From assembly GCA_009859145.1 (NCBI GenBank), contig VRVR01000029.1, positions 186,001 to 250,000 of the forward strand: a stretch of 64,000 nt of DNA. Reading direction: 5' to 3'. This document shows, piece by piece, positions 32,006-42,895 of this stretch; the stretch's first letter is position 1; every line of letters starts with the position of its first letter. Under the pieces are notes generated by a model that searched no databases, had not been told where the DNA came from, and worked only from the letters and a program-made list of their open reading frames with translations. Both the position numbers and the translations under genes were made by a program. This stretch comes from Andalucia godoyi And28 (lineage: Eukaryota; Protista; Jakobida).

Positions 32006-35000
32006 ATGCACAGCGAGGGCATCGCAAAGGAGCTTGGTTCTTTGAAGATTCTCGAGTCACTGCGGTCTGTTATTCGGAAAGACGACGCGTTGTTTACGAG
32101 TCTGCACCAATGGGTTCCTCCGGATCAGACGCGTGTTCGGCAGTCTCTTGCGGAGTCGGAGCTGTATGACTGGTTGCAAGAGTGCACGCATGCTCATGAT
32201 GAAACTGTGAGAAGCGCTGAGAACAAAATACAGGTCTCGACGGCGCTGCTGGGAGCTCACGAGTCGCATAATCGTTTTTTGCAAGACTGCGCGGACGTGT
32301 ACCTTGACATTCTGCAGGGCTTCTTTGAAAATCGATCGAGGCAAAAGGATGAGCAGTGGATTCTAGCGGGCCAAGAGTCCCTGTTGGAATCTGCAAAAGC
32401 GAGGTACTTGGTGAGCTTGCAGGTTGCAAAGCTGAAATGTATACAACCCTTTGAGTGGCACGTGATCTGTGAGCAGTTCTGCTGGGACTTGTTTTTTCTC
32501 CGGGTGGAAGAGGATATGATGGGGTCCGTGGAAGTAGGAAATGTGGACAGAACAGTGCTGGAAACGCAGCAATGGGAAATGCAGCTCCAGAAGCTGATCT
32601 GGTCCAAGACGGTCGACCAGCAGGAGTCCCGCATCAGCATTAAGCGTTTCGCAACGTTTTGTCCGACCATTGCGGGAGAGACAGGACAGGCGTTTTTGGA
32701 CGACTTTCTGGTGAACAAAAAAGCAAAGAGGAAGTGTGGCAGGACTCTTCGTTCCAGGTCTGCAGTGTTTGATGCCGTCACAGAAATCACCAACTTCATG
32801 CAAGGTGTCAAGGCAATTGACCCGACGTTCAAGGTTGTGCTGGGAAAGCTCACCGACGGCCCTTATTGTCGGATGCTCCCAAGAGGGCTCGTACCGTTTC
32901 CGAACTTTCCCGAGAACCAGCTGCTGTCGTCGAAGGTGGTGTCTTGGATTCTTGCCAGCGATGTTTCTCACCCGATCATGGACGGCAAAGTTTACTTTTG
33001 CATTCAAGACCGGCTCCGCTGCAGCAAGAGAAAGTCCTCTCACGAAGTCCCAGGAAATGGTGTGCATTCTGGGACCACCTTGTCTACCATCTCTCCGAAA
33101 AAGTACGGCGGCTCGTCGTCTTCCCGGGCATACGAAGATGAAGACTTTTCTTTCGAATCTCGAGCTGTTGACCGTCGAGAGTTCACCTTTGACGGAGAAG
33201 TTCTCGTTTCATCAGATCCAGAACTCCATTTTGCCCCTGCTTCTGTTGGTGATCTTCTTCGGCTGCGATCCACGGCGGTTTCTGGCGTGTCTTCTGCGTG
33301 CAAGGATGCGTTCTCTGCATCGTACGGCGTGCGAGTTGGGGAAGATGTGTCAATTGTGCAGTTGTATGTTGTGAAGAACAATGGTATGCATGGCAAACTG
33401 GTGCCGTTGGGTGACGTCTGTATTCGCGAACTGGTGACAGTGTACTTGCACCGACAGAATAGTCCCAACACAGCATTTGTACTGCCTTTGGAGCCTCCAT
33501 CCACAACCACGGATTCAAAGGACCGCGACTTTTCGACCACTGTGGAGGAAGCGCAGCGGGAGGCGACGGTTTCTGAGCCTCACGACTCCCCGCAGAAGAA
33601 GGACGGCGTCCGCGATCTCCGATACTGCTACACAGTCGTATACATGTCAACGCAGAATCCGACGAAGCCGTGGATTCCGATGGGATTGGTTCAGTACGAA
33701 ATCCTTCCCGAGAGCGATGCTGCCGCGTCTCCGGTGGCATTGAAAACAGATGCACCGAACATGACGGAGATGCTTGTATCACTGTCCCAGACGGTCTGTT
33801 GTGTGCCAGGATGCTTCCGGACGTCCTTCTCTAGGAAGACGCACAAATGTGCACACCACCATTCTATCGATCTCTCTCATTCTGCTTTGCGCAACGAGTC
33901 CCTGCGGCTGCTTGCTTCAGGCTTGCTTCCATTTCACAACCTCAGCGGCATCGCGAAGGCCAACAACCCGGATATCTCTGCGTCGTTCACGAAATCTGCA
34001 ATTCGAGATTTGCACGACGCAAACTACAGAACCTTTTTTGACGACTGGAATGAATACCCTGAAACTGCTTCGAAAACACGGTCATTTATGGACAACTCGC
34101 TGTCCAAAAGAGTCGAGGAAGAGTCGCTGATATGCGCACTGACGACATCCAGTGGGCGCGCCGGAGGCCGCTTGTGGAGACGCTACACAGAGAGTCTGAC
34201 GAGTGGTCACACAAGCCATGTGGCTCACAACACATCGCTGATGCGACAAGTGCTCCGAAAGTCGAACAAGGATGAAGACATGGCTGCGCATTCTTCTCCG
34301 AAAGAAGGCTCGACTGGGAAGGAGTTTTCTCCCGTCCACGGCGTCGCGTCCATGGATGAGGCTGAAGGCGGCCCATCTTCTGCCCGATCCTCGTCTGCGT
34401 CTGCATCCTCATCTCGTGCTTCGGATGTTTCTCTTCAACATCGAGGTTCGATTGCAGACCAAGGTCGGAGCACGGTTTCGTATTTGAAAACCGTGTCGCA
34501 AGACAATTCGAGCACTTCGCCGTCGACGCCGAGAGCATCGTCGTTGTTGGTGGTGTCTGGGCGATCCAAGGAAGAATTGGAGAATTTGCTGCGTGCAAAG
34601 CAGCAAATTTTGGCGCAGGAACGGAAGAATTCACGCGAATTGCTGTCGATTTCAGCGGTCACAGAGCCGATGTCCGACAAACAGAAGCATCTGTTGAACT
34701 ATCTTGCGAGCCATGGATGGCCCCAGAATTCCCGAGGCGATGAAATGGAAACTCTGCGCTCCAAGGCCAAGGTTCTTCGGGCTATGCAAGATGCACTTGC
34801 GGGTACCTCGGTCGCTGGGCTCTCTTCTGGAGGCATAGTTCCAATGCCCCCTGCAGCACCTCGGTCGTCGTTCCCAGATGTAAATGTGGACATCGCCGGT
34901 CCATCTCCTAGAAATCGCAAATCAGAGGGGCTCCCGTTTGGTGTCGTATCGGCGTCAGATTTGTCCATGGAACCAGTCAGTCGACCAAAATCCCGCTCCA

Positions 35001-35137
35001 TTTCCGCACACAGACCGGAACCACGTCCTGCGACCTCTGTCTCTAGGAACTCAGCCCTGTCCAGCAGCATCACTAATTCTCGATCGATGTTGTCCAAGCC
35101 GCCTGCTGGTCGATCCGTTTCGCGGCTGCGTAATTAA
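32006..35137 (+). CDS. Large hypothetical protein (1043 aa)
   Basis: Long uninterrupted ATG ORF; helical N-terminus, beta-rich middle, CCVPGC...KCAHH Cys/His cluster, disordered C-terminus. Confidence 0.85.
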   Translation: MHSEGIAKELGSLKILESLRSVIRKDDALFTSLHQWVPPDQTRVRQSLAESELYDWLQECTHAHDETVRSAENKIQVSTALLGAHESHNRFLQDCADVYLDILQGFFENRSRQKDEQWILAGQESLLESAKARYLVSLQVAKLKCIQPFEWHVICEQFCWDLFFLRVEEDMMGSVEVGNVDRTVLETQQWEMQLQKLIWSKTVDQQESRISIKRFATFCPTIAGETGQAFLDDFLVNKKAKRKCGRTLRSRSAVFDAVTEITNFMQGVKAIDPTFKVVLGKLTDGPYCRMLPRGLVPFPNFPENQLLSSKVVSWILASDVSHPIMDGKVYFCIQDRLRCSKRKSSHEVPGNGVHSGTTLSTISPKKYGGSSSSRAYEDEDFSFESRAVDRREFTFDGEVLVSSDPELHFAPASVGDLLRLRSTAVSGVSSACKDAFSASYGVRVGEDVSIVQLYVVKNNGMHGKLVPLGDVCIRELVTVYLHRQNSPNTAFVLPLEPPSTTTDSKDRDFSTTVEEAQREATVSEPHDSPQKKDGVRDLRYCYTVVYMSTQNPTKPWIPMGLVQYEILPESDAAASPVALKTDAPNMTEMLVSLSQTVCCVPGCFRTSFSRKTHKCAHHHSIDLSHSALRNESLRLLASGLLPFHNLSGIAKANNPDISASFTKSAIRDLHDANYRTFFDDWNEYPETASKTRSFMDNSLSKRVEEESLICALTTSSGRAGGRLWRRYTESLTSGHTSHVAHNTSLMRQVLRKSNKDEDMAAHSSPKEGSTGKEFSPVHGVASMDEAEGGPSSARSSSASASSSRASDVSLQHRGSIADQGRSTVSYLKTVSQDNSSTSPSTPRASSLLVVSGRSKEELENLLRAKQQILAQERKNSRELLSISAVTEPMSDKQKHLLNYLASHGWPQNSRGDEMETLRSKAKVLRAMQDALAGTSVAGLSSGGIVPMPPAAPRSSFPDVNVDIAGPSPRNRKSEGLPFGVVSASDLSMEPVSRPKSRSISAHRPEPRPATSVSRNSALSSSITNSRSMLSKPPAGRSVSRLRN

Positions 35138-35725
35138 ACCTACCGGCACATTACCCTTGTAGATACGAAATGTAACTGGAAGCCATTTAGTCTCGTGTTT
35201 ATTTCTTGTTTTCTGCGTCCGCTCTCGGTGTTTCGGGACGTACAGCAACAGTCTTCTTGGCCCATCGACGCAACCTTCACTGTTCTGGCGTCTCGGTCGT
35301 ACGCAGTATGCCCAAACTCCAAAGTCTCTTCTTCCGTCTTTTGATGCAGGATCCCTTTTTGGGTCCCTCTTTTGCGATTCAAATCCTAAGCTGCTTGTGG
35401 GCCACGCAAAATCATCATCGTAGGATCGCAGAACGCAGGCAGAGCGCAAAAATCACAGAATCGTAAACCGACGAGTTTTGTTTACTTCAAGCATGCTTTG
35501 TGTTTTACGAAGCCCGGTTATTTGAAAAAAGCGGTCTCTCGAGGTTCTTATTGCACCAGGATATAATTTTTACTGGCTTATTTTTGTTTTGGGTTGGTGA
35601 CGAGTGACGACGGAGAGAGCCTTGCGATAAAAGGAAGTTGTTGACATATATATATATATATATATACAAGTTCCCCTAGTATCATTTGGCTTCGTTATTC
35701 GGTGTTGATCCCGCGCCATTTTGTA

Positions 35726-37561
35726 ATGAGCACGCCGTTGTCTGCAGTCTCGAAACCGACCCACGGAGTCGAGTTTCTTATGACGCACACTGTCATATTA
35801 CTGGCAATCTGCTCCGTAATTGTTGCGTTTTCGTTTCTGTTTCTCCATCATTTTCAGATTGCAAAGGGTCGAAGAAGGAATCTGCTGTTTCTGCTGATTG
35901 CCGATCTTGATTTGCTTAATATTTTCGTTGTTTTGTTTTCCATTGCGTTCCATGCGATATCGAGTGTGATTCCAGGTGCGCCCATGCTCATGTACTTCAC
36001 TGATTCGCTGGAGCGATTTTTTTGGAATGGGTCGTTCTTTGTGTCGATTGCGTGCATATTCTCGGGGATTCCGTACGCCTACTTGTATGCAGAACTGTCT
36101 GACGAACAGTCGATTGATCGCGAGTCCATCTTGTTCAAGAGCTTTCGCGTTCGCAAGTCTGGACTTTTTGTTCCCTGGTTTGAAGCACTTGTTACCATTT
36201 TGATCGTTGACTGTATTCTAGCGGTGCTGTCCGTATGGATGAAAATTCCGCTGATTTTTGTCGCGGTTACTGCGGGTGCCGCACTGCATCTGGTTTGTGT
36301 TTGCAGAGGGTTCTTGGCGATGTGCCAGTTGCTGCTGTCCAGAATAGCGAACGTCATTCAAACCGCACCTTCGACGAATGGAGAATTCGCAAATTCCTTG
36401 CCGCATGTCCAGACTTCGAGCTCCAACCACACATTTGGACGCACCGGCTCTTCGGTCGGTTTTGCGGCTCGCAAACGCAGTTTCCGTAAGTTCTCCGGTA
36501 CGCCGCTATGGCCCGCCAGAAATGAAGACGCTGCAATCGACAAGGTGATTGAGAAGCTCAAGAGTCTACGCGATGATTGGAGCCTCCTCATCGAATCCCG
36601 ACATATCAAGACCCCGCAGCAATTGCTTTCGACAGACCCAGCAGTTTTGGCTCGGGGGCTGTCCCACATTCGCAGCCAACAGGTCTACGAGAAGAAGGTT
36701 GAGCTGCGCGAGAATATTCGCCAGGAGGATAGACTGGTTTCTAACTACATCCGATCTCCGTCGCACTTGTTGAATTGCGATGATGCGGTGGAAAAGCTAA
36801 CATCGACGTGCCGAAAGCTGATGTCCTATTATCGGTCGCAGACGCTGCATCGTGCTGGGCACTTCTCGTCTACGTCGAAGATGCTCAGCGGTGGGGTTGT
36901 CGTACCGAAAAGTTCGACATCCAGGCTCCGACGCTTGTTTGTATATATGTTTGTGCGGTTACAGTTTCTTCTTCTGCTTGCAACCGTGGTCTTGACAATT
37001 TTGGTGTGGGCGATTGCAGCGAGCCGCATCTTTATGTTCATGTTTGGGTACCAAGAGAAAGTGTCCGTCATGTTGTTTTCATGGGCACTGCGCATGTCCC
37101 CTTCTTTAACAGGCACATTGTTGGACGTTCTGTTGCTGACGACTTTTACCATGGCGTCTTTTATTGGAGTCATTGACTTTCCGTACATTGGGCTGCGATC
37201 GTTCAGGGGATGGGTCGTTTATGAGGAACCGTCGTCGCATGATAAATCTGGAGCACCTGCTCGCGTGTTTTCGTGGAATGTCAGCATGAGCGTTGGGCTT
37301 GCGCTCATGTCGCTGATGGCCATGTCACTGCCCACTCTTATGGCACAGATCGGACTGCTCAGTAACACATCGTTTTCTAACCTCCGCGATACCGTGACGA
37401 TGCATTTCGGCACGTTGCCGAGCTCAATGTACTTTCTACCGTTGTTCGTCAGCGGTTTTTTGTATTCGTTATTTGCTGCTATTCGCGGTCTTTTCCAGCT
37501 CTTCTCTCGCTCCCCGTCTTCAGATGACATTGTAGATGTTCATTTGTTGGACGCGGATTGA
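35726..37561 (+). CDS. LMBR1-like multi-pass membrane protein
   Basis: 5+4 TM arrangement around a large soluble loop; FWN..FFVS..C.F..IPYAY.YAE resembles LMBR1; first in-frame ATG at 35726. Confidence 0.7.
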   Translation: MSTPLSAVSKPTHGVEFLMTHTVILLAICSVIVAFSFLFLHHFQIAKGRRRNLLFLLIADLDLLNIFVVLFSIAFHAISSVIPGAPMLMYFTDSLERFFWNGSFFVSIACIFSGIPYAYLYAELSDEQSIDRESILFKSFRVRKSGLFVPWFEALVTILIVDCILAVLSVWMKIPLIFVAVTAGAALHLVCVCRGFLAMCQLLLSRIANVIQTAPSTNGEFANSLPHVQTSSSNHTFGRTGSSVGFAARKRSFRKFSGTPLWPARNEDAAIDKVIEKLKSLRDDWSLLIESRHIKTPQQLLSTDPAVLARGLSHIRSQQVYEKKVELRENIRQEDRLVSNYIRSPSHLLNCDDAVEKLTSTCRKLMSYYRSQTLHRAGHFSSTSKMLSGGVVVPKSSTSRLRRLFVYMFVRLQFLLLLATVVLTILVWAIAASRIFMFMFGYQEKVSVMLFSWALRMSPSLTGTLLDVLLLTTFTMASFIGVIDFPYIGLRSFRGWVVYEEPSSHDKSGAPARVFSWNVSMSVGLALMSLMAMSLPTLMAQIGLLSNTSFSNLRDTVTMHFGTLPSSMYFLPLFVSGFLYSLFAAIRGLFQLFSRSPSSDDIVDVHLLDAD

Positions 37562-37711
37562 ATTCTGTGTAGCACACCTTTATGACAAGCCATTTTCGTC
37601 TTTTTAATGTACATGTTGTTTTCTTCTTTCCCCTCTCTTCTTTTGCTTCTTTTGACGTGTTGCCTTGCCTTCTCAAGGGGCGAGTCTTTGTCTGCACCGA
37701 GTTTCCAAAGC

Positions 37712-39121
37712 TCAGTGATGGTTTGATTTTCCAGCAAATCGACGATCCATCAGCAGGTACTGACGAGTAAGCTCGGTCATGGGGACCGCAAGATCGTTTC
37801 CTCTTGGCAACTCGTACACATGCACACTGTCGTTGCGAACGTAAAGCATGTGGTCATCAATGACAGACATACAGTTTGAAGCATCCATTGCGGCAGTCGG
37901 CGACATCGGTTTGCCAATGTTCCACACGTAAATGCGGTTCTCTCCGGCGCACGTCGCGGCGATCGTCTGGCCGTTCTTTGAGATGTTCAAGGTTTGAACG
38001 TGTTCCTTCAGCTCATCTCGCAGCCGGAGGATTCTCCACACCCCATGTGCTTTCAAATCCCAGTCGACAATCACGAATTCTTCCGCAAGCTTGGACACCC
38101 AAATCACATGCGATCCATCCTGTGAGCAGCATATGGCGTTCTCAAGGCCGCGGTCCGGAACCCCAAACAGCGGTTGTCGGCGGTCACAGTGCCCCGACCG
38201 GACGTTCCACACTCGGAGCACATCGAGAATTGCACTGTTGTCTCCGCTTGCAGTAGGGTGCAGTTCATCGGTCAGCGTAATCAGGATGTCCTTTGATGAG
38301 AAGCACATTTTGCGGACCACTTCAGGAACATGTTGAGAGGGCAGCCAGCGAAGCACTTTCTGGTGCGCCAGGTCCACGATCTTGATTTTCTCCTTGTCAC
38401 GCTTGTGGTACAGGCAGGCAACATAGGACAGGTCCTTTGACCACGCAAGAGACAAGGGCATGATGGAAGCCGAGATTCCATGGCCACCGATCGTGGGATC
38501 TGATTCCGACCACTCTGCAAGCTGCTCTCCAGTTACAGTGTCATACAGGGACAACCGGCATTCTTCCGCTGCGACTGCAAAATACTGAACTCCAAGCCTT
38601 GAGCCGTCTTCGTTGAAAAACACATCGTCTGCAAAGACATCCGTCCACTGTTTTACGCAATCCTCTGTCTGCAGATTCCACAAGAGCGTTCCTAGCATGC
38701 GGTTGCTGACAACAACGTGGATGCCGTCTGGTGCAAACTTCACAATCGAAGACTCCGTGTTTGGAATGACGATCGCAGATGTCTTCTGGATCTGCGCAAG
38801 AACCGTCAATCCAAAACAAGCCAGAACACTCCCATTGGCGGTTTTAATGACATACAGCTTCCCGTCCTTCCCAGAAGTCGCAAGAAGTGACCCGTCTGGA
38901 GACAGGGACACATTTTTTGGTTCCGATTCGACATTCACTGCGACAACCAGCGTTGGGTTCAGCGTTAAATCCGTCGGTCGAAACACGCGCAAAACCCCAT
39001 CTTTCCATTCACAACGAAGCGGGCCGTCTGCAAAGTGCATTTCTCTCAGAGGCGGCAGATCGTGGCGCGAGTGTGTTGGAAATGACTGATCCAGAAACAT
39101 CACAAGATCAAAATCAGTCAT
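37712..39121 (-). CDS. WD40/beta-propeller protein of unknown function
   Basis: Repeated S.SPDG.LLAT.G.DG, KFAPDG, LAWSKD, VWN and IYVWN units. Confidence 0.8.
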   Translation of the reverse strand: MTDFDLVMFLDQSFPTHSRHDLPPLREMHFADGPLRCEWKDGVLRVFRPTDLTLNPTLVVAVNVESEPKNVSLSPDGSLLATSGKDGKLYVIKTANGSVLACFGLTVLAQIQKTSAIVIPNTESSIVKFAPDGIHVVVSNRMLGTLLWNLQTEDCVKQWTDVFADDVFFNEDGSRLGVQYFAVAAEECRLSLYDTVTGEQLAEWSESDPTIGGHGISASIMPLSLAWSKDLSYVACLYHKRDKEKIKIVDLAHQKVLRWLPSQHVPEVVRKMCFSSKDILITLTDELHPTASGDNSAILDVLRVWNVRSGHCDRRQPLFGVPDRGLENAICCSQDGSHVIWVSKLAEEFVIVDWDLKAHGVWRILRLRDELKEHVQTLNISKNGQTIAATCAGENRIYVWNIGKPMSPTAAMDASNCMSVIDDHMLYVRNDSVHVYELPRGNDLAVPMTELTRQYLLMDRRFAGKSNHH

Positions 39122-39659
39122 GCTCTTTTCTTTTTTCTTTCCCCAAATAATTTAAAATAATAAAATATAATAAAATATAAAATGGCAAAGCGAGTCCTCC
39201 CTCTTCCTTCCTCTCTCTTTTTAATCAAACAAAGATGATTGAATGTTCTTTTTTGAACTAAAAAAGAAAGAAACTGCGATGCACACACACGCACACACAC
39301 ACACACACACAGAAAGAGAGAGAGAGAAGAGCATTCAGAAGCTCGCAGGATCGACTGTCGTGTTGAAATGAAACGTCGAACAAGAATAAAATGCATTGTG
39401 GGTAAAAGCAGCCCGCACTGGAAGTTCGTGCTTGCCGCAAAAGGAAATTCCCGCAACTATTTTTGGAAGGGTTCCGATGCGCATTCCGCTGTATCAAGCC
39501 TCAAGCGTCTCTGCTTCCTGCGCCGTTCCTTTTTCTCACTTTTCTCCTTTCCCTTTTTCGTTCATGTTGCCCTTCGGTCTCGCATGGCAGTGCGAACAAG
39601 GATCTTGCACAGTAGGGGCATATAAGACGCACACACACACATAGACAGATACACAGAGA

Positions 39660-40565
39660 ATGACGTCGTTTTGTTCGATGATTAACATTTCTTTTCGTGG
39701 GTCGACGATTCCCCTCCGGATGAGCAACGGTCTTCCCCCATTGCCGAGCATGCTGCTTTCCAAGCTGGCGCTGCCGACGGCAACTACGACCGCGGAGAGT
39801 TTTTTTCTTTCGGAAGAGGCTTCGCGCAGCATTTTGCAGTCATTTTCTCCGTTTCGAAAATGGCTGTTGAGGCTGGAGCGCGAGAAGGACCTGTCGCTGT
39901 CCGCGATCCAGGTTCAGTCTGTGGACTTTTTTGGACCGCGAATTGGATTCATGAAGCTTGTGGCGGACATCACAAGAATCGATGTGAGTCCGCCTGTGTC
40001 GGTTCCCGGGGTGGTGTTTCTGCGAGGGTCGTCGGTGGCGGTACTTGTGGTCATCAAGTCGGAGTCGGCCTCCAGAGAGCCAATGGTTGTGGTCACTCGA
40101 CAAGCACGAGTTCCTGCGTCTTGCGCACATTTAATGGAGATTCCAGCGGGAATGATGGACGACGCGGGATGCTTTGCTGGAAAGGCAGCCGAAGAAATCC
40201 ACGAAGAAACAGGCATTACGCTGAATAAGAACGATATGGTGGACTTGACTGCATGGGCGTATGAAAGCACGGATGCTTCGACGGGACGACTGAGCGAGAA
40301 TGAGTACTATGAAGGCGTATGGGTCTCTCCGGGCGGCTCGGATGAGTCCATTAGGCTCTTTGCGGCAGAAATTACGCTACCGGACGACGACCTGGCAGCC
40401 ATTGAAGGAAGAATCGCGGGCGTAGTGGAGGATCACGAGCACATTGTTGTGCGACTTGTCCCCTTGCGGTCTCTGTGGAAGGCCACCGCGGATGCAAAGG
40501 CGCTGTGTGCACTCGCACTCTATAATGAGTACTGCACCACCACTACCATGAAGGGTAAACAATGA
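39660..40565 (+). CDS. Nudix hydrolase, ADP-sugar pyrophosphatase (plant NUDT14-like)
   Basis: VDFFG.RIGF.K, PG.VFLRG.SVA, Q.RVP, EIPAGMMD, AAEEIHEETG, SPGGSDE; start uncertain (39660/39720). Confidence 0.9.
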   Translation: MTSFCSMINISFRGSTIPLRMSNGLPPLPSMLLSKLALPTATTTAESFFLSEEASRSILQSFSPFRKWLLRLEREKDLSLSAIQVQSVDFFGPRIGFMKLVADITRIDVSPPVSVPGVVFLRGSSVAVLVVIKSESASREPMVVVTRQARVPASCAHLMEIPAGMMDDAGCFAGKAAEEIHEETGITLNKNDMVDLTAWAYESTDASTGRLSENEYYEGVWVSPGGSDESIRLFAAEITLPDDDLAAIEGRIAGVVEDHEHIVVRLVPLRSLWKATADAKALCALALYNEYCTTTTMKGKQ

Positions 40566-40742
40566 AAGTCGCGTCAGTCTGTGGATGGGAGATGTGTGCA
40601 GAGGTAGAAGAGGTGGAGTGCTGTTTTCCTCTCTTTTTCTTTTTTCTCTTTTTCTTCTTCCTACTCCCTTGATTAGGCTGTGTTCATCCGTTTATTTGTT
40701 GTTTCTTTATATGCGCGGAAGCCCATTCTCAGTCCCGCCGCG

Positions 40743-41587
40743 TTAAAAGGAGTTCTGCACGAGGGGTGTGAGAAGGTTGACGATGTCTTTCGAGTCACCC
40801 TCGGGCCACGCATCCGAGAGAAGCGAGACGATATGGTCCCAAGCGGACAAGATGCGATCGTCGAACGCCTGGAGAGAGTCAGAGACAACTGGAGTCTTTC
40901 TTCCGGTGAAGAGAGACCAGAACGAACCCTATGCGGTTTGGGCTTCTGCACAACGTGCTTAATCTCGTTGCGGATGCTGGTCACAAACTCGGCACGGTTG
41001 GCGATCGAGAAGATCGAGTCGCGCGCCTCCAGCCACGTGATAACAAGCCACATGTGATCCGCAACGACGGCCTGGTCCGCTTCCGTCAAGTTGTACGGAG
41101 CAGCTGGATCGTCTGTCTTTTGAGGAATCAGGAACGGATCGGTAAGATACACTTCGGCGACAACCGCAGTAGCATCATCGCGCGTGAGACCCTCACATGC
41201 ATCCAGCACGGGCTGGACGCTGTCAATGAGGTCCGCCGCGGCATTCGCTCCCACCTGCAGGTCGCACGATGCATTCCCAAAGACCACTGCAAACTGGCTA
41301 ACAGCCGTCGACAGAGATTGTGTCGCCTGCTCCCACTCTCGATCCTGCAACAACGGATAGGTTTCGTTGTGCAGCGTTGTCCAGACTACACCGAGGTCCG
41401 CTTTGCACGTGTTGGCAGTGCTGTTGTAAATCACAGGCCAGGAGATGTAGCGGTACCGCACAAGATCGTTGTTCGCTCGGAATAGTGAAGTCGTCGCTGT
41501 CACACACTGGGCGAAGTCATATGCGTGTGCTGCGGACGCGACCATAACGACCGCAAGCACTGCATATATCAACTTGATTGGCTGCAT
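40743..41587 (-). CDS. Secreted helical protein of unknown function, 2 exons: complement(join(40743..40868,40928..41587))
   Basis: Signal peptide MQPIKLIYAVLAVVMVASAAHA. A 59-nt intron at 40869..40927 (GTTCGT...CTGAC...CCAG) gives the protein-like C-terminus AFDDRILSAWDHIVSLL...QNSF*. Confidence 0.75.
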
Positions 41588-41759
41588 AGTAGTGGAAGTG
41601 GTGGATGAAAAAGGCAGGCCGAAAAGGGAAAACGGGGTCTTTTGAGGGGAAGTTGGAAATTGCACAGGAAACAGCAGAAGAAGACGACGGCGAAGAATAA
41701 TTAAAAATGAAAAAGAAAAAGAAGAAGAAAAGAACACTCTTCGTGTTGCTGCGTCTCTT

Positions 41760-42199
41760 TTATACATTGCGCAGAAAATTAGCGCACGATTGTGAAGCGC
41801 ATTTGAAGTACACGAATGCCGCGCCGTGCATCCACCAAGTTCCATTGCCTGTGTCACACACGCGGCAGACGTTCGGTGTTTCGCTGTGCAAGCACGGGGG
41901 CTCGGCGCAGGGCTCGGCACTTCGATCACCGGCGAACCCCTCTTCCACCTCGAGAAGTCGGCAATAATCCCCCATCACAATTGCAGCCTCGCAGCAGCAG
42001 CAGCAGTTTCGCGATCGGACTCGCATTTCAAACGCATCGGACTTATCGGACTTATATTCACCCCCCAGTGTTTGTCGAAACTGGGACAAGCGTGCGTGTG
42101 TGCCTGTCGGGGGGGGGAGGGGGCGGCCGGCGAAGGAAGCGTCAATAATTACGTACTATTATTTCCCACCTGTTGAATCATAGACTGTGGTGCTCTCAT
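41760..42199 (-). CDS. Putative small Cys-rich protein (5' structure uncertain)
   Basis: ORF 41760..42089 with CCCCC, C..C and C....C but no ATG start; a possible short upstream exon from ATG 42199 via a GTACGT...GACAG intron. Confidence 0.35.
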
Positions 42200-42406
42200 C
42201 GACTCTTCAACACACCTCCCAAAAAGCCAAAAGCACCGTCTCCAGGTCTGTCGTACACGCCTCTTTCTTCGTGATATACCGCCTGACGTTTTGGCAATTC
42301 CCAATTGTGTTCATGATGACTGTGTTGCTGCAGACAGTCCATAGTGCCTAAAGAAGTGAGTGAGTGAGTGAGTGAGGGTGCGTGTGCGTCAAGGTGGGGG
42401 AGTAGC

Positions 42407-42895
42407 ATGGGAAAGAAGAGAAAGTACTACTGTGAGTACTGCGACATCCATCTCGTGCGCGGATTTCAGAATGCGCGTAAAGAACATAACTTGGGACTTC
42501 GGCATCGCGCGAATGTCCAAGCGTACTATGCTCAATTCCTGAAGAACGATGCGTTGGTTCGAAAATTGGAGGAAAATAGAGGAGTTTTCCAGCAGCGATT
42601 CGAGCCGCCGCCGCAGGATCAGCAGGATCAGCAGCAACAGCAGCAGCAGCAGCGGGAGCAGCAGGAACAGGGTGCTCTCAGTGCTCCCTCGGCTCATCCA
42701 CAGAGGTCTGCCAGGACGAAGCCGTCAGTTCCGCCAATGATGCTTCCCGTTCCTCTTGTGGTTCCTGGTCTTCCACCTGGTTCCCGCGCCCCCGTTCGCC
42801 CGATTCCGCCTCCAATGGCCGTAGTGACGGAGCCTACGTCCACAGAAGGCGTGCCTGCAGCAGCGTCAGAGTCTTCGGATGACCATCAGCAATAG
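42407..42895 (+). CDS. SNRPC: U1 snRNP protein C-like matrin zinc finger, divergent
   Basis: YYCEYCD-x10-RKEH...G.RH..NV..YY has U1-C spacing; Pro-rich C-tail. Confidence 0.72.
   Translation: MGKKRKYYCEYCDIHLVRGFQNARKEHNLGLRHRANVQAYYAQFLKNDALVRKLEENRGVFQQRFEPPPQDQQDQQQQQQQQREQQEQGALSAPSAHPQRSARTKPSVPPMMLPVPLVVPGLPPGSRAPVRPIPPPMAVVTEPTSTEGVPAAASESSDDHQQ

Noticed and set aside
40673-41929. 418-aa track ORF as the real protein
   Set aside because: Its 5' part is upstream spacer with poly-T; the signal-peptide ATG is at 41587 and a 59-nt intron gives a more protein-like end
42407-42895. Identity as ZMAT5 (U11/U12-20K), which would imply a minor spliceosome
   Set aside because: The spacing between CD and RKxH, the NV..YY motif and the Pro-rich tail fit U1-C; the second CCCH finger of ZMAT5 is absent
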